Shown here: positions 1-8,547 of the stretch, piece by piece
Position numbering within the stretch: the stretch's first letter is position 1
Layout: each line of letters starts with the position of its first letter
IMG/VR virus record: IMGVR_UViG_3300027759_000073
Location: 1 to 64,000 of that record
From: a virus
Reading direction: 5' to 3' (one strand)
DNA: 64,000 nt
Translations under genes and position numbers: made by a program
The notes under the pieces: model-generated
What the model saw: only the letters and a program-made list of their open reading frames with translations
Database searches by the model: none
What the model was told of the DNA's origin: nothing

Positions 1-1
1 A

Positions 2-148
2 CTGCTCTGCCTTGTTTGCACCAAAACCTGGAAACCACCAACTCGTATCTTTTCCTTCGCATGTACCACCGCCTGGAGGGAATGGCGCTGCGGTTCTGTC
101 GACGAACATAATTGAGCGCTGGATTCTACTGCATGTATCAATTGTCAT
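2..148 (-). CDS. whiB: WhiB-family Fe-S transcription factor, N-terminal part (runs off the window edge)
   Basis: Not in the ORF track. Hand translation from ATG at 148 gives MTIDTCSRIQRSIMFVDRTAAPFPPGGGTCEGKDTSWWFPGFGANKAEQ; C-x-G-x-D-x3-W-F-P matches the first-Cys/'DPELFFP' segment of WhiB proteins. The other Cys residues would lie outside the window. Confidence 0.6.
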   Translation of the reverse strand, partial: MTIDTCSRIQRSIMFVDRTAAPFPPGGGTCEGKDTSWWFPGFGANKAEQ

Positions 149-158
149 TTTTCTCCAG

Positions 159-443
159 TTAATTTGATTTGTATGTGTAATCGTGACGCTCTTGCAATAG
201 TTTCACAGAGATAGAGAATATCAGGTTCTCATCAAAAGTAAAAATCCGCTGCGACATAAAAATTTGATGGATGTGTGAATGATTGAAATCTACACACTCT
301 TGAGGGTCAACTGCATTCTCTTGCAAGATTTGAGCGATAACTACGGCTGTCGCGTAAACGCGCTGCCAGTATCTTGGGTCATCGCTCTCTACTGAAAATT
401 TGCGTGAACTCGCTTCTCGTAAAGTTCGCAAACCATTTGCCAA
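159..443 (-). CDS. hypothetical protein
   Basis: ORF in a tightly packed minus-strand run; start uncertain. Confidence 0.5.
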   Translation of the reverse strand: MANGLRTLREASSRKFSVESDDPRYWQRVYATAVVIAQILQENAVDPQECVDFNHSHIHQIFMSQRIFTFDENLIFSISVKLLQERHDYTYKSN

Positions 444-613
444 GTTTCCAAAGATGGCGCTCCAGCATTAACTTGTGATGCAACAGCAAACTGTTTACTT
501 TTATCAAAATCTCTTGCAGAACTAAGAGAGATGTTTGATTCCTCAAGAACATCAACAATCCTCACCGCCTTAAGGAGTCGATGCTGGTGTTCGTATGGAT
601 TTCGTTCTTGCAT
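389..613 (-). CDS. hypothetical protein
   Basis: 74-aa ORF with AGAGGGA upstream. Confidence 0.6.
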   Translation of the reverse strand: MQERNPYEHQHRLLKAVRIVDVLEESNISLSSARDFDKSKQFAVASQVNAGAPSLETWQMVCELYEKRVHANFQ

Positions 614-628
614 CTGTCCCTCTTTAAG

Positions 629-820
629 TTAGATATCTTCGCGTTCACCTTTTGGTTTAAAGAGATTAGCACGACGAGTCATTAGTTCCAAATCGGCTTT
701 CACTTCGTTCAACCTTGCTTCCTGAACAGTAAATGCAAGTGCAAGAATTCCAAGAAGTATTAACCCGCCGAATACTAAAAGCCATCCAATAACAGAAATA
801 ACTATTAAAAAAATTGTCAC
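629..820 (-). CDS. small single-pass membrane protein
   Basis: Long N-terminal hydrophobic segment followed by a charged tail. Confidence 0.6.
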   Translation of the reverse strand: MTIFLIVISVIGWLLVFGGLILLGILALAFTVQEARLNEVKADLELMTRRANLFKPKGEREDI

Positions 821-1101
821 TCTAAAGGTGCTCTTCCACCAGCAATAATTTTCCGTGCCAAAGCAACCATTTGCTGGATAAGCGGCTTGGAGACTGCTAG
901 TTCTTCTGCAATCTGAGAATACGATAGTCCTTCAGCATCAGGTCCACCAAATTCGCATGACTCCTTGATTGCCAATGCTCGCGCTTCAATAATGCCGCGG
1001 CGTATCTCGGCAACGGCTGGAAGCATTTCATTGTGCAGGGCAATAGAACGCTTGACTGGGTCTTCAATTTTTAATACTTCTTTAAGTTTTGACTCAATCA
1101 T
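817..1101 (-). CDS. HTH DNA-binding protein
   Basis: C-terminal GLSYSQIAEELAVSKPLIQQMV helix-turn-helix pattern. Confidence 0.65.
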   Translation of the reverse strand: MIESKLKEVLKIEDPVKRSIALHNEMLPAVAEIRRGIIEARALAIKESCEFGGPDAEGLSYSQIAEELAVSKPLIQQMVALARKIIAGGRAPLE

Positions 1102-1508
1102 CGTGCTTCCAACTCTGTGATATGTAATACAACTTTTGACTCTCCAGACACAATCGGCGCTTCAAATATTAGGCGCTGAACAATCTCTGGACCGTCTTCC
1201 CAAAGTATACCAGCATCAACAAGCCCGTCTATACAGGCTTTGGCGACTGGGAAGTGTCCGCCAGTGTCTGCCTTTCCTTTCCCGTTACGGCGGTGAGGAA
1301 TGAATCTAACCTCAATTGCTCGTAGGCGTTTTGGAATCTTTTTAGCAGTGGCAACTGCCGCTGCGGCTTCGCGCCACTCTTTAACTAGTTTTGCTCGTTG
1401 GTAGTGATGAAGGCTTCGTTCTTTATTGAGAGTCCACATTGTTTCGCCATAAATCTCGATGACGAATGTTTCTAATTTCGGGGGCTCTTTACTTTTCTTT
1501 GCTGGCAT
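1098..1508 (-). CDS. RusA-like Holliday junction resolvase
   Basis: D..G....K..IDGLVDAGIL.ED pattern; typical size and position in a replication block. Confidence 0.7.
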   Translation of the reverse strand: MPAKKSKEPPKLETFVIEIYGETMWTLNKERSLHHYQRAKLVKEWREAAAAVATAKKIPKRLRAIEVRFIPHRRNGKGKADTGGHFPVAKACIDGLVDAGILWEDGPEIVQRLIFEAPIVSGESKVVLHITELEAR

Positions 1509-2202
1509 AAATCCCTACAAAATTAAGGTTCTGCCAGAATGGCTGAACGACGGAAAACCCTGCACTTTTCAGCATCCTAATATTTTCTGAGGCCCTAACT
1601 GGAACAAGAACATTTTGAAGAGACAAGCGTTTTGCCTCAACCTGTTCTTCGGAATAACCATTATCCTTTTTCATTTGGTGATAGACGCTGACTAGATGGT
1701 CCTGTCCACCTGCTGATTCTCCTAGAACTTTTTCCACAAGAATAAAGCACCCATTTGGAGTAAGCGCATCATGAACCTGTTTTAAAATATCTTGGCGGTG
1801 CTCAATTGGAATGAATTGCAAAGTAAGAATTGACAAGATTGAGTCATACCTAAGTCTCTGCATTTCTGCATCTGCGATGTTTCCATGAACAATCGTTACT
1901 CGCTCATCGTCTGCAAATCGTGTTCTTGCTTTGCTTACCATTGCCGTAGAAGAATCAATGCCAACATAGTTCACATACATCGATGAACCAAGGTCTTTGA
2001 TTAATTTTGCAATCATTTCTCCATGCGAACAACCCAAGTCAAGAATATGTCCACCATTTGTGATGATTGGAGAAATCATTTTTATTACGGTGTCGCGCAT
2101 GTTTTCATATCCAGGGATTGAGCGACCGAGCATGTCGTCAAAGACATTTGCTACATCCTCATTGAATGACCATTCTTTTCCTGGAATAATTTCATCTCTC
2201 AT
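1489..2202 (-). CDS. cmoA: CmoA-like carboxy-S-adenosylmethionine synthase
   Basis: CmoA-type N-terminus WSFNEDVANVFDDMLGRSIPGY, DLGCS motif I, LTLQF, and a C-terminal lid EQVEAKRLSLQNVL...AGF...NF that keeps the KR (Arg199-equivalent). Confidence 0.8.
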   Translation of the reverse strand: MRDEIIPGKEWSFNEDVANVFDDMLGRSIPGYENMRDTVIKMISPIITNGGHILDLGCSHGEMIAKLIKDLGSSMYVNYVGIDSSTAMVSKARTRFADDERVTIVHGNIADAEMQRLRYDSILSILTLQFIPIEHRQDILKQVHDALTPNGCFILVEKVLGESAGGQDHLVSVYHQMKKDNGYSEEQVEAKRLSLQNVLVPVRASENIRMLKSAGFSVVQPFWQNLNFVGIYASKEK

Positions 2203-3746
2203 AGCGTGATTCCTAGTCTCTTGGAGAATGCTTCCTTTGCTTCTTCAGCCATCCCTAAACGCAATCCACCAGGGTGCGGTAGGTCAAACTCAAACTCAAT
2301 CGCTGCCTTTAGTTCTTCTGGACTTATTGTTTTAGGGTTCGACCCAACCGCCTGAACAAGGCCGTTTTTTGCCGTTAAAAAGGTGTCAACGGTTTTGAAA
2401 CCGTGCTGAACTAGTTCTTTGAACTCTGTCTGGGTGTGATACTTCTGCACTTTTGGCTTTGCAGCAATGTCTGAAACAATAATTCTTGGCTCGTAGTCAA
2501 GAGGGAATCCACCGCTTGATGTGTCATGTCCCTTCTTTATGTCTCCGCGAGCGTGATTGTGCCACCTATCGGACTCTGTGCAAATCGCTGCTGTGTGGAG
2601 TTTTGTATGGGGTGAGCACAATGCAGCAACAAGTTTTATGACATGTATTCGGTCTTGCAGAAATGGAATGCTGTTAAAAACGCTTGCAATAAAGATTGAA
2701 TCAAACTTTGTTCCTTCAGCAACTCGCTTCAAGAACTTTCTAGCCAACTCTCTTGCGCCTTCAGTGTCAATTGTTTCGTTATCTTTTGCCAAGAAGAACG
2801 GCTCGAACGGCGTGCAGTCAACGCCCAGTCTGTTAAGAATGTCTGTCTTGTCGCAAAGACCAGCCCCAAAGTCAATTACGGTAGTTCCGTAATAACCCTT
2901 CCAGAGTTCAACATGCTTCGGGTCATCAAGGTGGAATGCTCCGTTTCGATTACCAGACGGTACGAAGTGACGCAAGAAATCTTCCAAGAATGTTGGAGTA
3001 AGTATTTCTACCCTTTGGTTTTTTCGCCTAAAGGAGTTATGGCGTAGAAGGTCTGCGTAGCGTTCCTGAATATCAAAGTCCATTGATAGAAGATTGAGCA
3101 TGGCTGTCACCGCTTCTTCAATCTCTGATGGCACGGTGACTACGCTGATAAAATCGTTTCCTTCTTGCGCGGCAAATGTAAGACGCGCGCGACCATTCAG
3201 AACTTTGAAATCTGGAGTGCAAATAATTGGCATTGGCGGAAGACCATGCGACTTGATTTGACCAGCCATTACAATGGCATGCTGTTCCATCCAGCGCTCA
3301 TTTTTGGTCATTAGGCGTAATACCGACTGGGGCTTCATCTTCATGACTGGGTACCAGTCTGGGGAATCTACCTCAATGTCTGGGAGTAAATTGATTTTAT
3401 TAATCATTTCATCCATTGAAAGAAGGGCTTCCTTCATATCTGTGGACGACTGGTTCTTGTAAAGGTCGTTTGTCGCGCGATTGTAGAGCACATTTATTCC
3501 CATACGACGCTCTACGGGCATTTGGGGTGTCCTAACCACAGGAACGGTCTTTGCTCCCATCCTGGAGGCCACTAGGTGCCTTTGGTGGCCACTGAGAATC
3601 TCTCCGTTTATATCGGCATAGATTGGCAGAAGCCAGCCAAATTTACGCAGGGACAACTCAACCAGATTTAGGCGCTCTTCGTCGGCCTTTCGGGGGTTAT
3701 AGGCAGAGGGACGAAGGTCCTCAATTGGGGTCAGGACTGGCTTCAT
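2199..3746 (-). CDS. ParB/sulfiredoxin-like domains (one canonical, one divergent) fused to a class I SAM-dependent methyltransferase-like domain
   Basis: YNPRK...LPI...ILSGHQR; second unit MPIIC...VLNGRAR; C-terminal VIDFGAG...FEPF...FDSIFIASVFNSIP...DR...QKYHTQTEF. Confidence 0.75.
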   Translation of the reverse strand: MKPVLTPIEDLRPSAYNPRKADEERLNLVELSLRKFGWLLPIYADINGEILSGHQRHLVASRMGAKTVPVVRTPQMPVERRMGINVLYNRATNDLYKNQSSTDMKEALLSMDEMINKINLLPDIEVDSPDWYPVMKMKPQSVLRLMTKNERWMEQHAIVMAGQIKSHGLPPMPIICTPDFKVLNGRARLTFAAQEGNDFISVVTVPSEIEEAVTAMLNLLSMDFDIQERYADLLRHNSFRRKNQRVEILTPTFLEDFLRHFVPSGNRNGAFHLDDPKHVELWKGYYGTTVIDFGAGLCDKTDILNRLGVDCTPFEPFFLAKDNETIDTEGARELARKFLKRVAEGTKFDSIFIASVFNSIPFLQDRIHVIKLVAALCSPHTKLHTAAICTESDRWHNHARGDIKKGHDTSSGGFPLDYEPRIIVSDIAAKPKVQKYHTQTEFKELVQHGFKTVDTFLTAKNGLVQAVGSNPKTISPEELKAAIEFEFDLPHPGGLRLGMAEEAKEAFSKRLGITL

Positions 3747-5062
3747 TATTCTGTTCTACGAGCGCTCTTACGCTTGGAACGACGCTGGCGTGTACTCACC
3801 CAGGAATCGCCCTGGATATTAAGCATCTCCATCATTCCACCGCAAACTTCTTCAAACGAAAATCCATGAGCCTTAAACATCTCTTCTTCCCAAGCGTCAA
3901 AGTAGGAGCGTTCAAACTTAATCTCCCACTTACCAATGTTGGCGGTGACATTTCGTGCCTTGTCTTCGTCAGTTGACTTTCCTTTTTCTTCTTTGATGCC
4001 CCATCCAGCAACATCGCTAATCAAATCATCAACATCATCTCCGCTATATCCAGTTCCATCAAATGAGGACATAGAGCGAAGCATCTCTGCGAGTTCGACA
4101 TGGTCATAGGTTGCAAGGTCGGCAGTTTTATTGTCCACAAGAACAATCTTTGCTGCGGCTGCTTCATCAAGGTCAACGAATGTTACGGCTATTTCTTTCC
4201 AGCCCAACATTTTTGCAGCCTTCCATGTGTGGTTTCCAACAAGGATTGAGTTGTCTAACTTATTGACAACAATTGGTCTGAATTGTCCATTCTCTTTTAG
4301 AGATTCGGCAATTACTCCAATATCACCCTGACGAGCATTCATTGGATATGGAAAAACACTATTGATGTCCACATTGGTTGTCTCTGTAATAACAGATTTC
4401 ATACCAGACTTAGCAACTGTTTTTTTCTTTATTGTTGCTTTTCGAGGGCGAGGAGCGATTGCTTTTGCATCTAGCAAATTTAGGCGGCGGCGTAACTCCT
4501 GAAGAATAGAGTCATTGTCTTTATAAGAGGTCTCAAAATCTTTTGCCCAATCTGCATAGATGTCATCATCTACAAGTACGCGGTACGAGCCAACGCAGAT
4601 ACGAATACCGTCTCCGACTTTTCCTGTTCGCTCTCCATCTGGTGCAGTGAATTCTCCAACTCCGCTCATAAGTGCTTGCAGTTGGTCAATATCTACAGTT
4701 GTGAATCCAGTTCCTTCTAGGTCTGGAAGGCTTGAAAGAAGTTCAAGTAGTTTTGAATCGTCATAAGCCGATGCGTCAGATGTACGGTTATCCGCAAGAA
4801 CAATCTTGCGCGCCTCATGCTCATCAACATCAACCCAAGAAACTGCAATTTGCGTCCAACCAAGGCTTCTTGCTGCACGCCATGTGTGATTGCCAGCGAG
4901 GATTGAATTGTCTTTACGGTTAACCACAATCGGCTTATATTGACCGTTTACTTCCAGGGATTTAGCAATAGCGTCAACATCGCCGCGGCGTGGATTCTGG
5001 TGATATCCCTTCAGAATTGAGATATCTACTACTTCTGTATCTACTTTAATTTGTTCTGACAT
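3746..5062 (-). CDS. tandem ParB-N/Srx domain protein
   Basis: Internal duplication: NPRRGD/NARQGD...SL..NGQ.[KR]PIVVN..DNSIL.GNHTW.AA..LGW...KIVL.DN[RK]T occurs twice. Confidence 0.85.
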   Translation of the reverse strand: MSEQIKVDTEVVDISILKGYHQNPRRGDVDAIAKSLEVNGQYKPIVVNRKDNSILAGNHTWRAARSLGWTQIAVSWVDVDEHEARKIVLADNRTSDASAYDDSKLLELLSSLPDLEGTGFTTVDIDQLQALMSGVGEFTAPDGERTGKVGDGIRICVGSYRVLVDDDIYADWAKDFETSYKDNDSILQELRRRLNLLDAKAIAPRPRKATIKKKTVAKSGMKSVITETTNVDINSVFPYPMNARQGDIGVIAESLKENGQFRPIVVNKLDNSILVGNHTWKAAKMLGWKEIAVTFVDLDEAAAAKIVLVDNKTADLATYDHVELAEMLRSMSSFDGTGYSGDDVDDLISDVAGWGIKEEKGKSTDEDKARNVTANIGKWEIKFERSYFDAWEEEMFKAHGFSFEEVCGGMMEMLNIQGDSWVSTRQRRSKRKSARRTE

Positions 5063-5098
5063 GACATCCTCTGCACAATGGTATAGAGGAAGTATAGC

Positions 5099-5461
5099 CT
5101 ATTCGATAATCTTGCGCTTGTTTAATTCCATAATCTTACGAATTTCTGCGATATGAGCAAGGTTTTCTTCTCGCGTGCATGGCTCTTCCGCCCCAGACTG
5201 GAGTGCCAACTGATTAGATTCAATCTGGCGACGGCGCTCTATAGGGTCAATGACCTGCCTGAATTCTGCCCAAGATGGCCAAAACTTAGCGTTCATCTCA
5301 ACAGCACGGATAGCCGACTTCGCTGATTCGTAAGAGTACGGCGAAAGATTTTCTTCCCATCTCAAAACCTCTTCAACAATCAGTTTCTTTGATGGAAAAA
5401 TAATATTAAGTTCAGCGACTATTCGGTCTGCTTCATCTGGGGTCATTCCAAATTCCTTCAA
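5099..5461 (-). CDS. putative helicase loader/inhibitor (SPP1 G39P-like)
   Basis: Helical ORF with KFWPSWAEF (P-x-x-A-E) motif, downstream of the replication initiator; start probably MTPDEA. Confidence 0.45.
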   Translation of the reverse strand: MKEFGMTPDEADRIVAELNIIFPSKKLIVEEVLRWEENLSPYSYESAKSAIRAVEMNAKFWPSWAEFRQVIDPIERRRQIESNQLALQSGAEEPCTREENLAHIAEIRKIMELNKRKIIE

Positions 5462-5666
5462 TTAGTTTGTGTTGTAATTCAGTTACTTCTTCGCTCATAA
5501 ACGGGTCAAGGTCGGTTGCCCTAATCATGTTTGCCACTTCAATTCTTGCCTGTGCAAGCATATTGAAGTATGTCTGCCCATAGCGCCAGCCAAAAAGCCT
5601 GAACAACTTTTCATGCCTGATACTCACATCGGCAATAAAGTCATTGTACGAGATGTACTCGGTCAT
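5433..5666 (-). CDS. hypothetical protein
   Basis: 77-aa ORF with WRYGQTYFN motif, overlapping its neighbours. Confidence 0.6.
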   Translation of the reverse strand: MTEYISYNDFIADVSIRHEKLFRLFGWRYGQTYFNMLAQARIEVANMIRATDLDPFMSEEVTELQHKLIEGIWNDPR

Positions 5667-5887
5667 AGAGAGTAATGGTCACGCCAGTTTGATGGAGAGT
5701 GATTATCAATAATGGCTTTAGCCATTTCTGGACTCTCATACATTCTTACGATATGAATACACGGGTCGCTCTCGTAGAGTTCAGTCTCTTCCTCAATGCT
5801 TAGTGGAAGGCCATCATGCGTATAGCAAACTGGTGGTCCACACCAACCGTTTTCGATTCCATGCTTCATCCATTCATTAAAGTCCAT
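5663..5887 (-). CDS. small Cys/His-containing hypothetical protein
   Basis: Start re-called at MDFNEW (GAGGAG upstream); GWCGPPVCYTHDG...DPCIH suggests a metal site. Confidence 0.6.
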   Translation of the reverse strand: MDFNEWMKHGIENGWCGPPVCYTHDGLPLSIEEETELYESDPCIHIVRMYESPEMAKAIIDNHSPSNWRDHYSL

Positions 5888-5888
5888 T

Positions 5889-6584
5889 TTATGCTCCTCG
5901 TTGTTTTCTTGCTTCTTTAATTGCGTCCCAACCTGCTGGTACAGCCTCATTGGTTACATCGTCTTGCGAAAGAGATGACCAGTGATTCACCAGTGCTGGT
6001 GGAGTCAGGACAAGTCCCTTATATCGCTTCCTGTAGCGTTCTGCACGCAAGTAAATCTCATCAGCGTTTGCTTGGCTCTCTTTCAGCAACTTGCAACAGC
6101 CGCCGTATTTGCTTCTTTCGGACTGGTTCAAAGTCGTTTGGTCAATACCACAAACATCCATTACAGCATTCCAGATTGGGTCTTCTGGTCGTTCTTTCTT
6201 GACTGCTGGGCTTACTTTCTTTTTTGCGGGCGCTTTTTTTACAGCAACAGGAAGAGACTCAACAACTTGAATATCTTCGTCATCGTCGTCATCGATTTTA
6301 ATATTCATCGGGTTATCAGGCCATTCATCCTGAATCAAGACTGTAAAAAGACTGCTTTGGTTGTGGCGTAGTTGTCTTTTTAACTCGCCAATCTCAATCA
6401 GTTTCTTGACGATTCTCTTTACTGTTCGTTTATCAAGACCAGTCTTGTGAGCGATATGACCAACTGATGGGAATGCGTTAGTGCCGTCTTCCCATGCGTT
6501 ATCTGCAATTGCGAGCAGGACTAACTTGTCATTCCCAGTTGCTTTAGATTTTTTCCATACTCTCGTGGTGCAGTATACGCTCAT
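5889..6584 (-). CDS. phage replication initiator (N-terminal winged HTH)
   Basis: KLVLLAIADNA...AFPSVGHIAHKTGLDKRTVKRIVKKLIEIG is the usual replisome-organizer wHTH; acidic/basic linker; C-terminal TPPALVNHWS. Confidence 0.8.
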   Translation of the reverse strand: MSVYCTTRVWKKSKATGNDKLVLLAIADNAWEDGTNAFPSVGHIAHKTGLDKRTVKRIVKKLIEIGELKRQLRHNQSSLFTVLIQDEWPDNPMNIKIDDDDDEDIQVVESLPVAVKKAPAKKKVSPAVKKERPEDPIWNAVMDVCGIDQTTLNQSERSKYGGCCKLLKESQANADEIYLRAERYRKRYKGLVLTPPALVNHWSSLSQDDVTNEAVPAGWDAIKEARKQRGA

Positions 6585-7123
6585 GACTTCTTCCGAATGG
6601 ATACCCTTTCTGTCTTCTCAACTTCGCAGAAATCATCTGGGTTGAGTCCAGGAATCATAGCGCGTAGTGCTGTAACTCGCCAGTCACGAATTGCTGCAGC
6701 ATCGGCAATGTTTTTAACCACAAGGTCAATTATTGGCTTTGCAATAACCAAAAGGTCAATTACCTCACCCGTATTTGGGTCAATTACCCTGCTATCCTCG
6801 TCGGCGAGCGAAGTATTTACAACGGCTTCCAACAAGGTTTTATGTTCCCAATTTTTTCTAGTAGAACTGATTTTTCGCTCGGCAACATGAGTCCCATAGT
6901 CGCGAACCTTTTCACCGTTAAGACGCATCCATGCAACAAGCAACTCGTTTATAGAGTCTTCGATTTGTCGTGCCTGACGCTTGAGTTCGGCGATGTCGAC
7001 GAGGGCATTAAAGGCATCGTCTGGATTGAATTCGCTAGTACCATCTTCGAAACTCTTGACGGTCGCACCAGCGGTATCGGTAAGGGAATTCATCACTAAT
7101 TGTATTTGTTCATTGATTTTCAT
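6581..7123 (-). CDS. hypothetical coiled-coil protein of the recombination module
   Basis: 180-aa ORF with a helical N-half and an IDPNTGEVI motif. Confidence 0.55.
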   Translation of the reverse strand: MKINEQIQLVMNSLTDTAGATVKSFEDGTSEFNPDDAFNALVDIAELKRQARQIEDSINELLVAWMRLNGEKVRDYGTHVAERKISSTRKNWEHKTLLEAVVNTSLADEDSRVIDPNTGEVIDLLVIAKPIIDLVVKNIADAAAIRDWRVTALRAMIPGLNPDDFCEVEKTERVSIRKKS

Positions 7124-7448
7124 TGTTTCTCCAAACTGTAATTTTTAATCCTGGTTGGTCTAAATTTTCTGTTGAAACTAATACCGAATCGACTTCCGCC
7201 GACCAGTCTGTTCCACTGTCAATTTCTTTTGCTAAAACGGTTGCAATAACTTTCGGCAACCAGCCAATAAATACTCCTTGAGATTTAACCATAATCGCAT
7301 TTGAATCGTGTGGATTGTGAACATCCCGCTCTAGTTCAAGGTTGACTTTTCCAGTAGCGACGCTGGCGCTAATAGAAAAGATTGACTGCGGATAGTTTTT
7401 ACAAAACGACACTCCAACGACTTTGGTCGTGAATATGTTTGGTGTCAT
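7110..7448 (-). CDS. stand-alone HIRAN domain protein
   Basis: TKVVGVSF...LERDVHNPHDSNAIMV...IGWLPK is the HIRAN signature. Confidence 0.85.
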   Translation of the reverse strand: MTPNIFTTKVVGVSFCKNYPQSIFSISASVATGKVNLELERDVHNPHDSNAIMVKSQGVFIGWLPKVIATVLAKEIDSGTDWSAEVDSVLVSTENLDQPGLKITVWRNNENQ

Positions 7449-7450
7449 GG

Positions 7451-8338
7451 TTAGTCTTCTTGCGAAGCAGCCTCAAAAAGGTCCATAATTGCGTTATATT
7501 CACGCTCTGGCATTTGTTCTTCCCACTTTGATGGGTCACCGAATGCAAGGATTACTTCCTTTTGAGCGTGCTCGCTAAGTAGGGCAAATGCTGCTTTTAG
7601 TGGAGCAGATGCAAGCATGCTGTCTGCATCTGCTTCTTCTCGTGCGCCACGGATACCTTGCAAGGCAATCATGAGGTTGTTGAGGTCGCCTTTTTCCATG
7701 GGCCATGAGCGACCATTCAACTTGTCATGGTGCTCACGCAGTGACTCAAGTTCGTCTGGCGACAGGTCTGCACACATCGTCTTGAATGTTCGATGTGCGT
7801 CCTCTAATTCGCCTTCATTCTTCCAGCCTTCAAGAAGTGGCTTTGTTGCCTCTTTCTGTGGGCTTTCTTTTGACTCAACTACTGGAACCTTGTTCTCGGT
7901 CTGCACGCCAGCAATAACTGACTTTGTCTCAAGAACCTGATTTGCCACTTGCACTTGTGGTGCGGTCACGACCTTTACTCCAGTCTTTGCCTCGCGAAAC
8001 TTCATGAGAACCTTAAGGTCTGTCAAGGTATCTGGGTATCCAGCCTTTTTCATAGCGCGCCCCATTGCCTTTGAGCAAAGCGCATGCCAGGAGTCTGTGT
8101 CTTTTGTTCCACGAACATCAGATTCAGCCTTGTAAGAAACGATTGGGCTTTCATCGCCCTTATATCGTGTCACTAGTGCGACACAAACCTTTTCATCCTT
8201 CTTTGAGAATGTAGAAGGTATTCCAATCTCGCTCGGAGTACTCTCCGAGAACTCAATTGATGCATCTGGCCAATCAGCCTTAAACATCGCCCAACGCACC
8301 GAAGTGCTTAGGTAGTCTTCAAAATTAATAGCAGCCAT
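7451..8338 (-). CDS. putative single-strand annealing/recombination protein
   Basis: DY....R...FK..WPDASI N-terminus and KAMGRAMKKAGY helix resemble Rad52/Sak/ERF-type SSAPs; GGAGG RBS; first gene behind a consensus promoter. Confidence 0.45.
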   Translation of the reverse strand: MAAINFEDYLSTSVRWAMFKADWPDASIEFSESTPSEIGIPSTFSKKDEKVCVALVTRYKGDESPIVSYKAESDVRGTKDTDSWHALCSKAMGRAMKKAGYPDTLTDLKVLMKFREAKTGVKVVTAPQVQVANQVLETKSVIAGVQTENKVPVVESKESPQKEATKPLLEGWKNEGELEDAHRTFKTMCADLSPDELESLREHHDKLNGRSWPMEKGDLNNLMIALQGIRGAREEADADSMLASAPLKAAFALLSEHAQKEVILAFGDPSKWEEQMPEREYNAIMDLFEAASQED

Positions 8339-8367
8339 GCGGCCTCCTCTGTTAGTTAAGTATGTTG

Positions 8368-8396
8368 ACTATACATCAGCCAAATTTAGATTGCAA
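8368..8396 (-). promoter_or_regulatory. sigma70/SigA-type promoter for the replication block
   Basis: Minus strand TTGCAA-17 nt-TATAGT, then GAGGAGG and ATG at 8338. Confidence 0.7.
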
Positions 8397-8397
8397 C

Positions 8398-8547
8398 CTA
8401 TTTTGTTTCTAGTTCAACAATCTTCTTATTAAGTTGGTTAATGATAGACCTTTGAATCGCCAAATCGCGAGAAAGAGTAGCGACCTGCACTGAGAGGTCG
8501 TTAATTACTTCGCCGATATCTGGTTGTGTGGTTTGATTATCGCTCAT
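8398..8547 (-). CDS. small coiled-coil protein (49 aa) after the tail tip gene
   Basis: Below the ORF-track cutoff: MSDNQTTQPDIGEVINDLSVQVATLSRDLAIQRSIINQLNKKIVELETK; ATGA overlap with the upstream stop. Confidence 0.7.
   Translation of the reverse strand: MSDNQTTQPDIGEVINDLSVQVATLSRDLAIQRSIINQLNKKIVELETK

Noticed and set aside
1489-2202. Host-type tRNA cmo5U pathway (cmoA-cmoB)
   Set aside because: No cmoB or tRNA genes in the window and the gene is coupled to ParB-MTase genes. A tRNA role cannot be fully excluded without the rest of the genome.
2199-5062. ParABS partition system
   Set aside because: No ParA ATPase, no HTH after the ParB-N domains and no parS repeats seen; fusion to an MTase points to modification instead.
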